Positions 52,311 to 63,235 of a stretch of 64,000 nucleotides of DNA are shown here, one piece after another. The notes below the pieces were generated by a model that saw nothing but the letters and a program-made list of their open reading frames with translations, made no database searches and was not told the origin of the DNA. The first letter of the stretch is position 1; every line of letters begins with the position of its first letter. A program made the position numbers and the translations under genes. The DNA is from Isurus oxyrinchus (taxonomy: Eukaryota): contig JANJGN010000034.1 of the NCBI GenBank assembly GCA_026770705.1, positions 6,758,001 through 6,822,000 on the forward strand, read 5' to 3'.

Positions 52311-53941
52311 GAATAGTTTACATAGAATACTTGTAAACGTTTGTTTTTTTTTAAATTATGATTGCCCAGAGGTTCATTTTTAATATGGTTTGTTAGGATT
52401 GCTACTGCTATTTTTGATGTGTATCAATTGCCTGATCTTGAATATGAATTTTTCTAGAGTTTTAAATTACATTATCTAAATGCCAGAGATACCAGTTTCT
52501 TTGGCAGCAGAAGCAGATAATGTAATATTTTACACAGAAGTGATATCAGATAATATTCCCTGCATGGCAAGATCTTACATTCCGGAATGCTCTGTCCATA
52601 ATTAAAACTGTTAAGTTTGGAGACCTTGCGACTCTCTGATTTGATGCAGATAATGAGGAAAATTATATCAATTACTAGTAAAATGGGCCCAATAGTGTAA
52701 CGTGATACTTAACATAGAGACGTCAAAAGGGGTTTTTTTTTTAGGAATGACAATAGCAAAACAAGTGTTAAGGAGCAACTAGGAACGATTCTGCATGAGC
52801 CACATTAAGTTGAATTGGGAAAAGGTGACATATTACCGTAAGGTAAAAAGTGTCCCCAATCATTGGCTCTATTAATGTTGGAACGTTTCTTAAAATAAAT
52901 AAAAATTGAACGCTAGCATATAAGTCACAGGGGTTTGCATGTGCATATTTGTCCTCTGGAAAGATGCTTTGCACAATATGAAATGGCCTCCGAATGAATA
53001 CAGCATAGATTTATTGTGTTCCAGGACAACACAAATGGGGGTCATCAGGGATGGTGTTCTGGGGGTGGTGGTGGTGGCAGAGGTTCACCAAAGATGAAGT
53101 GGGGAACCACCCCATCGCCACCCAACAACCCCCATCGCCACCCCAACCCAGAAATTCGCAGGCAGGAATTGCTATTCAATGGCCAGGCAAGAGAAATCTT
53201 CACATGGCAATTACCCTGCGATGGGGAGCATCTGAAATTGAGAATTAAATGGTACACTTCGGATCATTCAGATTGTATTACATCAAGTGTTTCCCAGAGA
53301 ACTTTGAATAATTAAAACCATGTCCACCTTCTTGGGAACATCCTGCTGACAGGAATAGAAATCAACCTCACTCTTGTTCATACTCCACTTCCATTTCCAT
53401 TTTACTTGCTCAGATAAATCATTGTTTTAGGCGATGGGTACACTTAATATTTTAGATTGTTATATTTGACGGAATATCGAAAACAAAAAAAATGATCCTC
53501 CACAATACGGAGTGAGTGCTACACCATCGGAGGTACATTAATTTCAGCGAGAGATATAGAAAGGTAGAGAGATAAATCAGACAGGAATGGATGTTTCATA
53601 TAGATGAATGTAGAGGGTAGTAATCGAAACTGGTAAATGAAAATGAACACAGATACTGTTGTGTTATTGAGAATGCCTTTAAGTCTAAAATGTAATTTTG
53701 CATTTTATTTGTTTTTTGTGAACGAAGCTGTGACATGTCAAACAATGCTTTCACAAGATCAATTAGCTGAACTGTCACTAATTTCAAATGTTCGAGCAAG
53801 CAGTCCGTTGATTGATATCAGAAAGCTGGTTGTGCCAATGGTCTTGACAACGAGAAAGTAAACAGTGACACATGTTATCACACTTTCCGCGTTTGTTGAA
53901 CACTGTCGGGTTGATGGGAATCATTGTTGTTTTCTATCCAG

Positions 53942-53977
53942 AGATAGCGAAGCTGAAGGAAGATCTGAATGATACAG
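53942..53977 (+). CDS. Micro-exon 21 (36 nt), EIAKLKEDLNDT
   Basis: gtttttctatccag|AGATAGCGAAGCTGAAGGAAGATCTGAATGATACAG|gtgcaa; weak donor but clear paralog of exons 12 and 24. Confidence 0.85.
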
Positions 53978-54602
53978 GTGCAAATACGAATTGACATCAC
54001 TGCTTACGCGCTGATAGACTTCTGATGGAAGGCTGCAAATTTACAACCGCTAAGCCTTTGAAAGCATTTAAGTAAATGCCTACATTAATTTCAGTTACAT
54101 TGTAATTCCTAGTAACAATTTCAAAACGATGGGTCTCAATTTAACTTAAACATTTCATCCAAGGTTTCTGTTCAGCGTTTTCAGCGCTGCAGTGTTTATA
54201 TTGGAGTGAATAACATCATGATTCAGACAGTCTATAAAACCTCTGTAGTGTAAGTTATATTACATATATATACTTCTGCGGTATTTTTCGATTAGTTATT
54301 AATTGCTAATCATTTTTTTTATTGTAAATTGACAATGCTGGTAAAAATCTTACAATGTCTAAACAACAGATGTTGATTACCATTTAATATGAATCTTTAA
54401 ATATTAACAAACTCAACAGCTGATGTAATCAGTAAGACAACTGCGTTAAATATTAATTATAAATGCCGTACAAATGAATATCATTAATTTGCTAATCCTC
54501 AAGTAATTCGAATTATCATTAATAACCTGCTGATCCGCTGATGCTACGATAAATAACACAATTTAACATTCTTTAGTATTAATAATCAACTTTATTACGT
54601 AG

Positions 54603-54629
54603 AATCCAAGCTGAGAAAGTGTGAGCAAG
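54603..54629 (+). CDS. Micro-exon 22 (27 nt), ESKLRKCEQ
   Basis: ctttattacgtag|AATCCAAGCTGAGAAAGTGTGAGCAAG|gtacat. Confidence 0.85.
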
Positions 54630-54757
54630 GTACATAGGGTACATTGTTGTGATTTCAATAACAGCATCCTTCTAGTAATCCTTTTCTGTAAGACGTTTTC
54701 TTTACATTATAAAAATTGTATATAGATTATCAGTTAATTGCGTTTTTATAATCTTAG

Positions 54758-54784
54758 AGCTGAAAGGTCGACCTGATGAAAATG
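54758..54784 (+). CDS. Micro-exon 23 (27 nt), ELKGRPDEN
   Basis: tttttataatcttag|AGCTGAAAGGTCGACCTGATGAAAATG|gtgagtaga. Confidence 0.87.
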
Positions 54785-55299
54785 GTGAGTAGATAAGATC
54801 GGAAGTGAATTATATGCTAAGTGGAAACTGGCACGCAAACTTTCAATTTACTGTAATGGATTTGATCATCTCCCAAAAGGTAACAGCTTAAGGGGCAGGC
54901 AATCCGACTGACCTCTGCTGTACCTTCGGAGTATGTTCTGTTCCAAAGATTATACGCATATATTTGATAATGGACACACGGATTCAGGAAGGATTAGAGA
55001 GTCATGAAGAGAGAGAAAGAGAGGGGGAGTCGTGGTGAGGTGTAGAGAGAGAGAAATTTGTGATTAATACAAATCAATGCTGAAATTATCCATAACAAGG
55101 AATGGCACATTGTGCGCAAATTCTTCAGCCATGAATGAAAAAATAAAACAATTGATTTAATGTATTCAAATTGCAATATTTTTTTCGCCTTTTGCTCTGT
55201 CTTGCAACCATTCAGATTGTTGGGCCCTCGGGAAGCATGTTATGTTTCCATCTATCAAAGACTGAATTGCCACAGAGAGTGCCAAATGCTTTTATTGTT

Positions 55300-56870
55300 A
55301 TTTGTTTTCGTGGAACATAGCCAGAATTTATAGTCCATCTTTAGTTGCCCTTCAAAAAGTGGTGGTGAGCGGTCTTCTTGATCTGCGGCAGCTAATGTGC
55401 TGAAGGTCCAACTACCATCTTGTTAGGGAGGGGTACTAGGATTCTAACCCAGCAACAGTGAAGGAACGGCGCCATACTTCCACATAAGAATGCTGAGTGA
55501 CATAGCGGGAAAATTGCAAGTGTGGTGTTACCATCCATCAACTCTCCTTGTCCTTCTAGATTATAGTAATGGTCGGTTTGGAAGGTGCTGTCTCAGGAGA
55601 CTTGGCAAATTCCTGGAGCACTCTTTTAGATGGTAAACAATGCTGCTACAGTGTGTGGGTCATCGTTGGTGTGAGTGCTTGTGAATGTGGTGCCAAACAA
55701 GTCGGCTGCTTTCACCTGGATGGTGTCAAGCTTCTTGAGTGCTGTGGGAGCTGCACTCATCCAGAGTTATGGAGCATATTCCATCAGATTCCTTACTTGT
55801 GCCTTGTATATAGCGGGAAAGCAATGAGCAGTTAGAAGGTGCGTTACTAGCCAAAGGATTGCTACCCTGTTACCCGCTGTTGCAGCCAGAATATTTATAT
55901 GGCCAACCCAGTTCTGTTTCAGGTCAATGGTAACAGCAAGGATGTTGATAATGCGGGATTCAGCGATAGTAAATTCATTGAATATCACGGGACGATAATT
56001 AGATTATCTCTTGTTGGGGAAGGTTATCCCCTTGCACTTGTGTGGGCCGAATGTTCACTGTTATTTGTCACCCAAAGCCTGGCCATTGTTGAGGTCTTGC
56101 TGCCAGTGGACATGGACTGCTCCAGCATTTGAATAGTCGCAAATGGTGCTGACCACTTTGCAATTATCAATGGACATCTCCACTGCTTACCTTATGATGG
56201 AAGGAAAGTTATTGATGAAGCAACTGACGGTTGTTGGGACGAGAACACTACCCTGAGGAACTATTTCACCGATGTCCTGTAGCTGAGTTGCCTGACCTCC
56301 AGCATCCACAGCAATCTCCCTTTGTGATATATGTGAGTCCAGCCAGGGGACAGTTTTCCCCCAATTCCCATTGATCCCAGTCTTGGTACTGGCCCTCGAT
56401 GTCACACTCGGTCATTTGCAGACTTGATGTCCAGAACAGTCACTTTCACTTCACAACAGAAGTTCAGCACTATTGTCCATGCTTCAACAAAGGCTGTGAT
56501 GAGGTGAGGAGCTTAGTGGCCCTGGCATAACACAAACTGTACGTCAGTGAGGCAGTTATTGCTAAGCAAGTGCCACTTGTTTGCACTATTGATGATCGCT
56601 TCCATTACTTAACCAACGATTGAGAATAGACTGATGGTGCTCTAATTGGCTCGGTTGGATTTGTTCTGGTTTTGGGTACATGACGTGCCAGGGCAATTTC
56701 CCACATGGGCAGGTAGATACCAGTGTTGCAGCTCCAATGGAATAGGTTGGCTAGGCGTATGGCAAGTTTTAGATTGCAAGTCGTGAGTACTATTGCCAGA
56801 AAACTGTGAGGACCAATAGTGTTTGCAGTATCCATGGTCTTCAGCCATGTCTTCATGGCACGTGATGACC
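55300..56870 (-). mobile_element. Degenerate LINE (second family) RT and 3' end
   Basis: Minus ORFs contain VPQGSVLVPT..SCFINN.PSII, IYKAQVRNLMEYAP and TGIYLPMWEIA. Confidence 0.9.
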
Positions 56871-56969
56871 ATTCTAAGAAACGCACATCAATATAAAGCC
56901 ACTTATCACACTGACAATGCTTTTAATCAGGTAATCGGCTTATTTATGCAACTTTGATCTCTATTACAG

Positions 56970-57005
56970 AGGTAGCACGGTTGAAAGAGGATCTTCAAGA
57001 CACAG
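56970..57005 (+). CDS. Micro-exon 24 (36 nt), EVARLKEDLQDT
   Basis: atctctattacag|AGGTAGCACGGTTGAAAGAGGATCTTCAAGACACAG|gtatga. Confidence 0.9.
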
Positions 57006-57072
57006 GTATGAATGCTTGCCGGTGATTCACACCCAGTTCTACACGATTATACCACAACAAAAAACCTTATGG

Positions 57073-57440
57073 TTCTTCTTCTTCTTCTTCTTCTTCTTCT
57101 TCTTCTTCTTCTTCTTCTTCTTCTTCTTCTTCTTCTTCTTCTTCTTCTTCTTCTTCATATTCTTCTTCTTCTTCTTCATATTCTTCTTCTCTTCCTTCTC
57201 CTTCTTCTTCTTCTCCTGCTTCTTCTTCCTTTTCTTCTTCTTTTTCCCTTTTCTCCCCCTTCTCCTCCTAATCGCCTCCCACTTATTCCTCTTCTTATCC
57301 TTCCTCTCCTCTTTCTTCTTCTTTGTCTTCTTCCCCTTCTTCTGTTTCGTCTTCTCTTCCTCCTTCTCCTTCCACCCCCTTCGTTTTCTTATTCTTCTTA
57401 TGCTAATACTTTTCCTTCTCCTTGTTCTTCTTCTCACGTT
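57073..57440. repeat. (TTC)28 perfect repeat (57073-57156) followed by a degenerate polypyrimidine tract
   Basis: Seen directly; explains the poly-L, poly-F and poly-K ORFs. Confidence 0.95.
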
Positions 57441-57843
57441 CATTCAGATCGTCGCAATGCTTTGTGTTTTTCACTTCGCCATCTCCTTTTATCTACTGTG
57501 CCTTCCAATCTCAATGCGTTTACGTGTCCCAAAAATATATCTTTCTCTCTGGCATTATTCCTCCCTCATCTCACTTCTGTCCCTGGCAGACGCATCTTCA
57601 TCAATCGTCCTACCTCATTCACCCTCTCTCTCATTAGTTGATGATATAAAACTTGATATGTTTTCTGGGTAGTTTCTTGAATTTCTCACAATCATCACTG
57701 ACATGTTGATGTGCTGGTCCCTGATAATATTATTTAGTGTCATTTCGCACATTAAACCCGGGGTCTTCATGATATTCAAATCCCCTCTTTGTTTCTTCAT
57801 TTTTTAAATGTTGCCCATCTTTATGCAAGTTATAACAAGTCTC

Positions 57844-58011
57844 AGAATTACCTGGAAAAACTCAGCAGGTCTGGCAGCATCGGCGGAGAAGAAAAGAGTT
57901 TTCTTCTCCGCCGATGCTGCCAGACCTGCTGAGTTTTTCCAGGTAATTCTGTTTTTGTTTTGGATTTCCAGCATCCGCAGTTTTCTTTGTTTTTATTTTT
58001 TTTCTTTGTTT
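57844..58011. mobile_element. Young palindromic insertion (same family as 32.7 kb) with 14-bp TSD
   Basis: 53-bp perfect arms 57843-57895 and 57899-57951 plus a T-rich tail; flanked by ttataacaagtctc at 57830-57843 and 58012-58025. Confidence 0.88.
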
Positions 58012-58284
58012 TTATAACAAGTCTCGTTCCACATCCTTCTCGCTGATCAACCATTCAGTTCCGGCAATTATTTTCAAAAAACACTTCACTATTATGATTC
58101 ATTATTTTTCATTTCCTTTCATCCATCTTCTGCCAGCAATGACCCCAGGAGCTCTACTCAGCACCCTGTCTCCAAATATTCACTTAAAATATTTACTCTG
58201 CCACATAAATCTAAGCTAACAAATCGATACACTTGCTATATGTTTTTTACTAGTGATGTCAGTGGCAGATGAGAAAATTTTATT

Positions 58285-61200
58285 TTTCTTTATTCAATGG
58301 TCGGATGTGGGTGTTACTGTCCAGGCCAGGTTGTATTGCCCATTCATAATTGCCCTTGATAATGTGCCGATGACCTGCCTTCTTGAAGCATTGTGGTGTA
58401 GTTGCACCGATAATGCTGTTAGAGAGGGTGTTCCAGGATTTGAACAAAAGGACAGTGAAGGAACTGCCCTTCTAAGCCAAAATGGTTGTAAGCTTGGAGA
58501 GGGTCTTCCAGATGAGGACATGACCAGGTTTCTGCTGGCCTGTTCCTTCTACATGGTAACGCGCATGCATTTGCAAGATGCTGCCTCAGGAGGCTTGGAG
58601 AGCTAATGCAATGCATCGTGCAGGTTGTATCGACATCTGATCCTGTAATTCGATAGTGGAGGAAGTGATTTTTGAGCAGGGGGTGTTAATCAAGGGGACT
58701 TTTTTATCCTGGGTGGTGTCAATCTGCTTGGACTTTGCTGGAAATGTGGTCATCCAGGCAAGTGGAGTGTTTGGTATCACACGCATGAAATGTGCCATTT
58801 AGATGTTCGACAAACTTTGGAGAGTCAAGAGTTGAGTTGTTCGCCGCAGGATTCTTAAATCTGATCTCTTCTTGTAGCCATATGGCTAGTCCAGCTCAGT
58901 ATGTGGGCAATGGTAACCTCCCAGTAAGTTCATAGTTGCTGTTTAAGGCTGGTAATTCGAATGAATGAATGGCAGTGGTTAGGTTCTCTATTGTTGGAGA
59001 TGATGACTGCCTGGCATTTGATCAGCGTGAATGTTACTTGCACTTACCAGTGCACGATTGGGAATTGTCCAACCCCTGTTGCATTTGTACAAGGATGAAA
59101 CCATTTTCTAAGCAGTCAGGAAAGTTGCTGAATACTGTGCAAAAAGCAGCGAACATCCCAATACCTGAACCTATGATGGACGGCAGGTCATTGGTGAAGT
59201 AGCTGAAGCTGCTTGAGACTTGGAAATAAACTGAAGTAACTCAACTAGTGTTGTCTGGAACTGCAGGGTTGACTTCGAACAAACACAACCAACACGCGAT
59301 GTATGGCTCCAACAAGTGGAGAGTTTCCCATTTTTCCCCTGGACTCCAGTTCTGCTTGGACCCCTTGATGCAACATTCGGTAAAAAAAAAAAGCTGCCTT
59401 GATCCCAAAGGCAGTCGCGCTCACATCATATCTGAAGTTTGGCTTCTGTTCGTTTTTTCTTGTTCACCAAGCCTGTAAGCAAGGCAGAATCTGTGTAGGT
59501 CTGGCGAAACCAGGACTGAGCGCCAGTCGTGAATTTATTGCAAAGCAAGCTCTTTTTGATGCATCTTTGTTGGCCTCTGATGTGTGTGATATGAAACTCT
59601 CCACTTGCCTGGATGACCACATTTCCAAGAAAATCCCAGCAGATTAACACCACCCAGGATAAAACAATCCGCTTGATTAACACCCCCTGCTCAAACATTC
59701 ACTTCCTCCACTATTGAATCACAGCAGCTGATGTCGCTACAACCTACACGAAGCATTGCAGTAACTCACCAAGCCTCCTGAGGCAGCACCTCAGGGGAAG
59801 AAATTGGCAGGTTTGGAATTCTGCTGCTTTTTGCCTACAGAACAAACCTGAGCAATGTTGCACATTTCCGGGTGGATGCCAGTGTTACAGCTGTTCCGAA
59901 AAGCTTGGCTAGGAGCAGTGAAAGTTCTGAAGTGCAGATCTTCAATTATATTTCTGGTATATTGTCAGGGACCATGGCCTTTTGCAGTTTCCAGTGCATT
60001 CAGCCATTTCTGGACATTACTTGGATTGAATCGAACTGGCTTTGCTGCTTGGAACCAAAGGAGGTAGCCGAGATTTGCCGGCCATCCAACACACCTGAAA
60101 GAAGATTGTTGTAAAGGTTTCAACGTTAAATTCACAGTGACGCATTGTGCTCACCAATCATGCAGGAGGAAAGCATTTGTGAAGCCTCCTGCTTCAGTGA
60201 GTTGCTTAGATTTACTTATCCTTCACGATTGGATGTCGCAGGACTATTGAGCTTAGATTGCATCAGTCACCTATGGAATCCCGGTAGTTTGTCAGTTGTT
60301 GCTTTGCACAAAATTTGTCCTGTGCTACCACTTCACCAGGTTCATACCTAATACTTGGGGATGCCTGATTCTTCTCCTGGCATACTGTCCTGAACTCTTC
60401 ATTGGGCTAGGGTTGAGACCCTGTCTTGTTGGTCATGGCAGAATGTCCAAAATGCCCTTTCGTTAGGTGACAGATTGTGGTGCTGCTGAGGGCCCAAAGC
60501 ACCTCATGTTTTCCCCGTCTTCACTTGCTACATATCTTCGTAATATACACATTTTGCAGCGTGCAAGTGCCAAACAGCACATTGGTGGGGATCCTCAATG
60601 TGAACCTGGGACTTATTGGAACCCACAAGAGCAGTGTGGTCGCCACTCCTGCATGGACAAGTTCATCTATTACATGCAGGTTGACAAGGATGAGTCCAAG
60701 TAAGTATCTAATTTCTATGGCTGGTACGCTCATCAAATGTGAAAGACCGAGTCCAGCAGTTATGCCAGCTCGGTTTGAAGTGGTGGCATTGAAGTCCCAA
60801 GGTACATTCATGCACTTACCAACATTAGTGTTTCCTCCAAAACTGGTGGCAAACATGGGGGAGTACTCATTCATCAGCTCAGGGGATCGGTAAATGATAA
60901 TCAGAATGCGGTTTTCTTGCCTGTGTTTGACCTGATGCCGTGAGAAATTCAGGCATATCCGGCTCACTCCCGATTGCGTCGCACAATGCCACAATCTCTG
61001 CTGGGTCCGCACTGGGCCAAGACATACCAAAGGATGTTGATGGTGCCAGGGGCATTACCTGAGTGGAAAGTAGCTTGGCGAGCCTGAAAAATTCTAAATG
61101 ATGCTGTTGGTTGACAAATCGCCTGGGTCGACATGGCTGAGTTTGCCATTGTTGTTTCCGGTGTTAATGTCAGTGCCAGGCCGTTTGTCTGGTTTTATTG

Positions 61201-61440
61201 TTCTTAGGCGTTTTACCGGATTGATGCACCTGAATGGATTGCAATCGATTTCATAGTGTAGTCAGGACTGAAGCACATTGCTTGGGTCTGAGGTCAGATG
61301 TAGGCCAGTTCAGATTTTCCAGATTTCTTTTGAACTAAAATTTCACCAAATGACTGTGGTGGGATTCGTAACTAGGAAACCAGACCATTAACCTGGGTCT
61401 TTTGTTTATCAGTCCAATTACTTCTATGCCTCTGCCAACC
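58285..61440 (-). mobile_element. Degenerate near-full-length LINE (second family) with tRNA-SINE-like 5' end and an internal inverted segment
   Basis: Endonuclease-like remnants (ILIIIYRSP, DFN, LLGLILVNL.V in ORF 60521..61030); colinear with the other copies; SINE-like head at 61230-61440. Confidence 0.75.
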
Positions 61441-61786
61441 GCAGCTGTTGACAAGATTACTTATGATTTTGTCATTATTATCCAGTGAATGATTTAAATT
61501 GACTTCATAATATCAGTTAGCGTGCATCATCATGGATCAATAATGAGTTGATCGACACTTGTCATCGTATATAAAACAGAGGGGATGCACCTAATTAAAT
61601 ACTTATTAATTATTATTATCACATGCTATTAACTTTCGCTATTATGCATTAATTAATATTTAGTTCTGTGCCAAGTAATTATCTCAGCAGCGTTTAAGTA
61701 CTGCATTCATAAATATTCCATGGAGAGGTAGGTGCACCTATCCATTGCCAAGCATTCAACATTAAATATTTGCAATTATTATTTAG

Positions 61787-61813
61787 AAAACGATCTTTGG
61801 AAGTGCCAGGAAG
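61787..61813 (+). CDS. Micro-exon 25 (27 nt), ENDLWKCQE
   Basis: attattatttag|AAAACGATCTTTGGAAGTGCCAGGAAG|gtaaga. Confidence 0.86.
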
Positions 61814-62319
61814 GTAAGAATGGCGAAGGTCATATTGTTATTTTTATTATTAATATTATGATTATTCCTACTGTTATTATTATTATTTCCCTGGAATGTG
61901 AGCATCGTTGGAAAGGCCAGAGTGCATTCTACATCCGTATTTGCCCTTGCAATGCACCTTTTAACTTGTCATCATGAACAACTGTAGTCAAGACTGGGTA
62001 TTCCCCAGTGCAGCGAGGCAGCCAAAATTTCATTCATTTCGGAAGCACCAGTAAATCCCCATGAAGGTGTTGTGGGTGGCTGTGCAGTGCTGCATGCGCA
62101 CACACTGAGATCTTTGAAAGGGAGGTTCTGGTTTTCTTTGTTCCTCTAACTTTGTAGGAACCACAATATACAACCAAGATAGGGTGCCAAATGATTTAGT
62201 AGGGCAGTTGTAGGTGGTGATCATAATCTGAATTAGCACAAAAAATCAATAATTCGGAGCCTGTTGCGCCGTTTGGTAGAAAATGGTTGACATGACTGTG
62301 CCCTCACCTGTACTTACCC

Positions 62320-63235
62320 TGGCTCCCTTCTCGATCAAAAATTGCCCTAATTCAACCTTGAATAGATTTGAAGACTCAGCTTGCACTGCTGCCTGGGAAA
62401 GATAATTTCAGAGGCTAGCCACACTCTGAAAATAAATTCAAATTATTTTCATCATCTCCATCGCAAATGCAAGGGATATAACTATGAAACTGTTTCCCCA
62501 CTTATTGGAGTAAAAAATAAGGGGAAGGATATCTTCATAGCACCGCCCAATCAAGTACACTAAGGATCTTAGATGGTTGAAAATAATCACCTCTCAACCT
62601 TGTAAATTCTAATTGGGTATAGGCTAAACCTGTCCAACCTTTCCTTTCAACACAACATAGCAATCTCATGAATAATTCAACTGAAGCGATTATGAACTGC
62701 ATCTAACACAACAGTTCCCTTCCTTTAGTAATTCGACGAAAAGTGCACAATTATAAATACAATTTTGAATTAAGACCTCACGAAGCTACAACTGTATTTC
62801 CCCTTTTTGATATTCAATTCGCCTTGCAATAAATGCCCATAAATTACTTGCAACATGAATAAATTTCTGCATCTAAATACTGATTTGTTTTGTGATTCGT
62901 CTACCGGGCCACCCAGTTTCCTTTTCAATTTACAGTCCTGTAGTGCCAATCCTTTCAAATCATTTACTGCCTTTCTATTCTTCATACCAACGTGGACAAG
63001 CTCACGTCTCCCATTTTATAGTCCATAAACAATATCGTCCCCAATTACGCAACATATCCAAATGGCTTTTCAGACTCCTCATATTCTCAAGACAACTCAC
63101 ATTCAGATATTTTTTTCAGTCACCAACAATTTTACGGAGCATAACTTGGTCCTTCATCCAGGTAATTTATCCAGATTGCAAATAGTTGATAATCGAGTAC
63201 AGGTCCCTCTGACCATCCACTGGTAACCCCTGGGC
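62320..63235 (-). mobile_element. Degenerate CR1-type LINE
   Basis: Similar to the 34.7-35.8 and 48.3-49.3 kb minus copies; cagtcaccaacaatttt and tacaggtccctctgacc correspond to decayed FADD and QGSVLG regions. Confidence 0.7.

Larger units (their letters stand above)
936..61813 (+). other. Internal portion of an unidentified micro-exon gene (25 predicted symmetric phase-1 exons of 27/36 nt) encoding a repetitive coiled-coil protein; both ends probably outside the window
   Basis: 25 segments with pyrimidine-rich AG acceptors and GT donors; only two lengths; same phase; no in-frame stop including junction codons; peptides fall into mutually similar classes with heptad periodicity. Confidence 0.85.

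Noticed and set aside
57012-57672. Long ORFs of 209, 218 and 134 aa (poly-L, poly-F, poly-K)
   Set aside because: Translations of the TTC microsatellite, not genes.
936-61813. Naming the gene as butyrophilin/BG, triadin, collagen or an SCPP
   Set aside because: No Ig, TM, B30.2 or lectin exon in the window; not Gly-X-Y; fibrillar collagen and SCPP exons are phase 0; the Leu/Cys heptad peptide is unlike triadin's KEKE tracts. Only architectural analogy.
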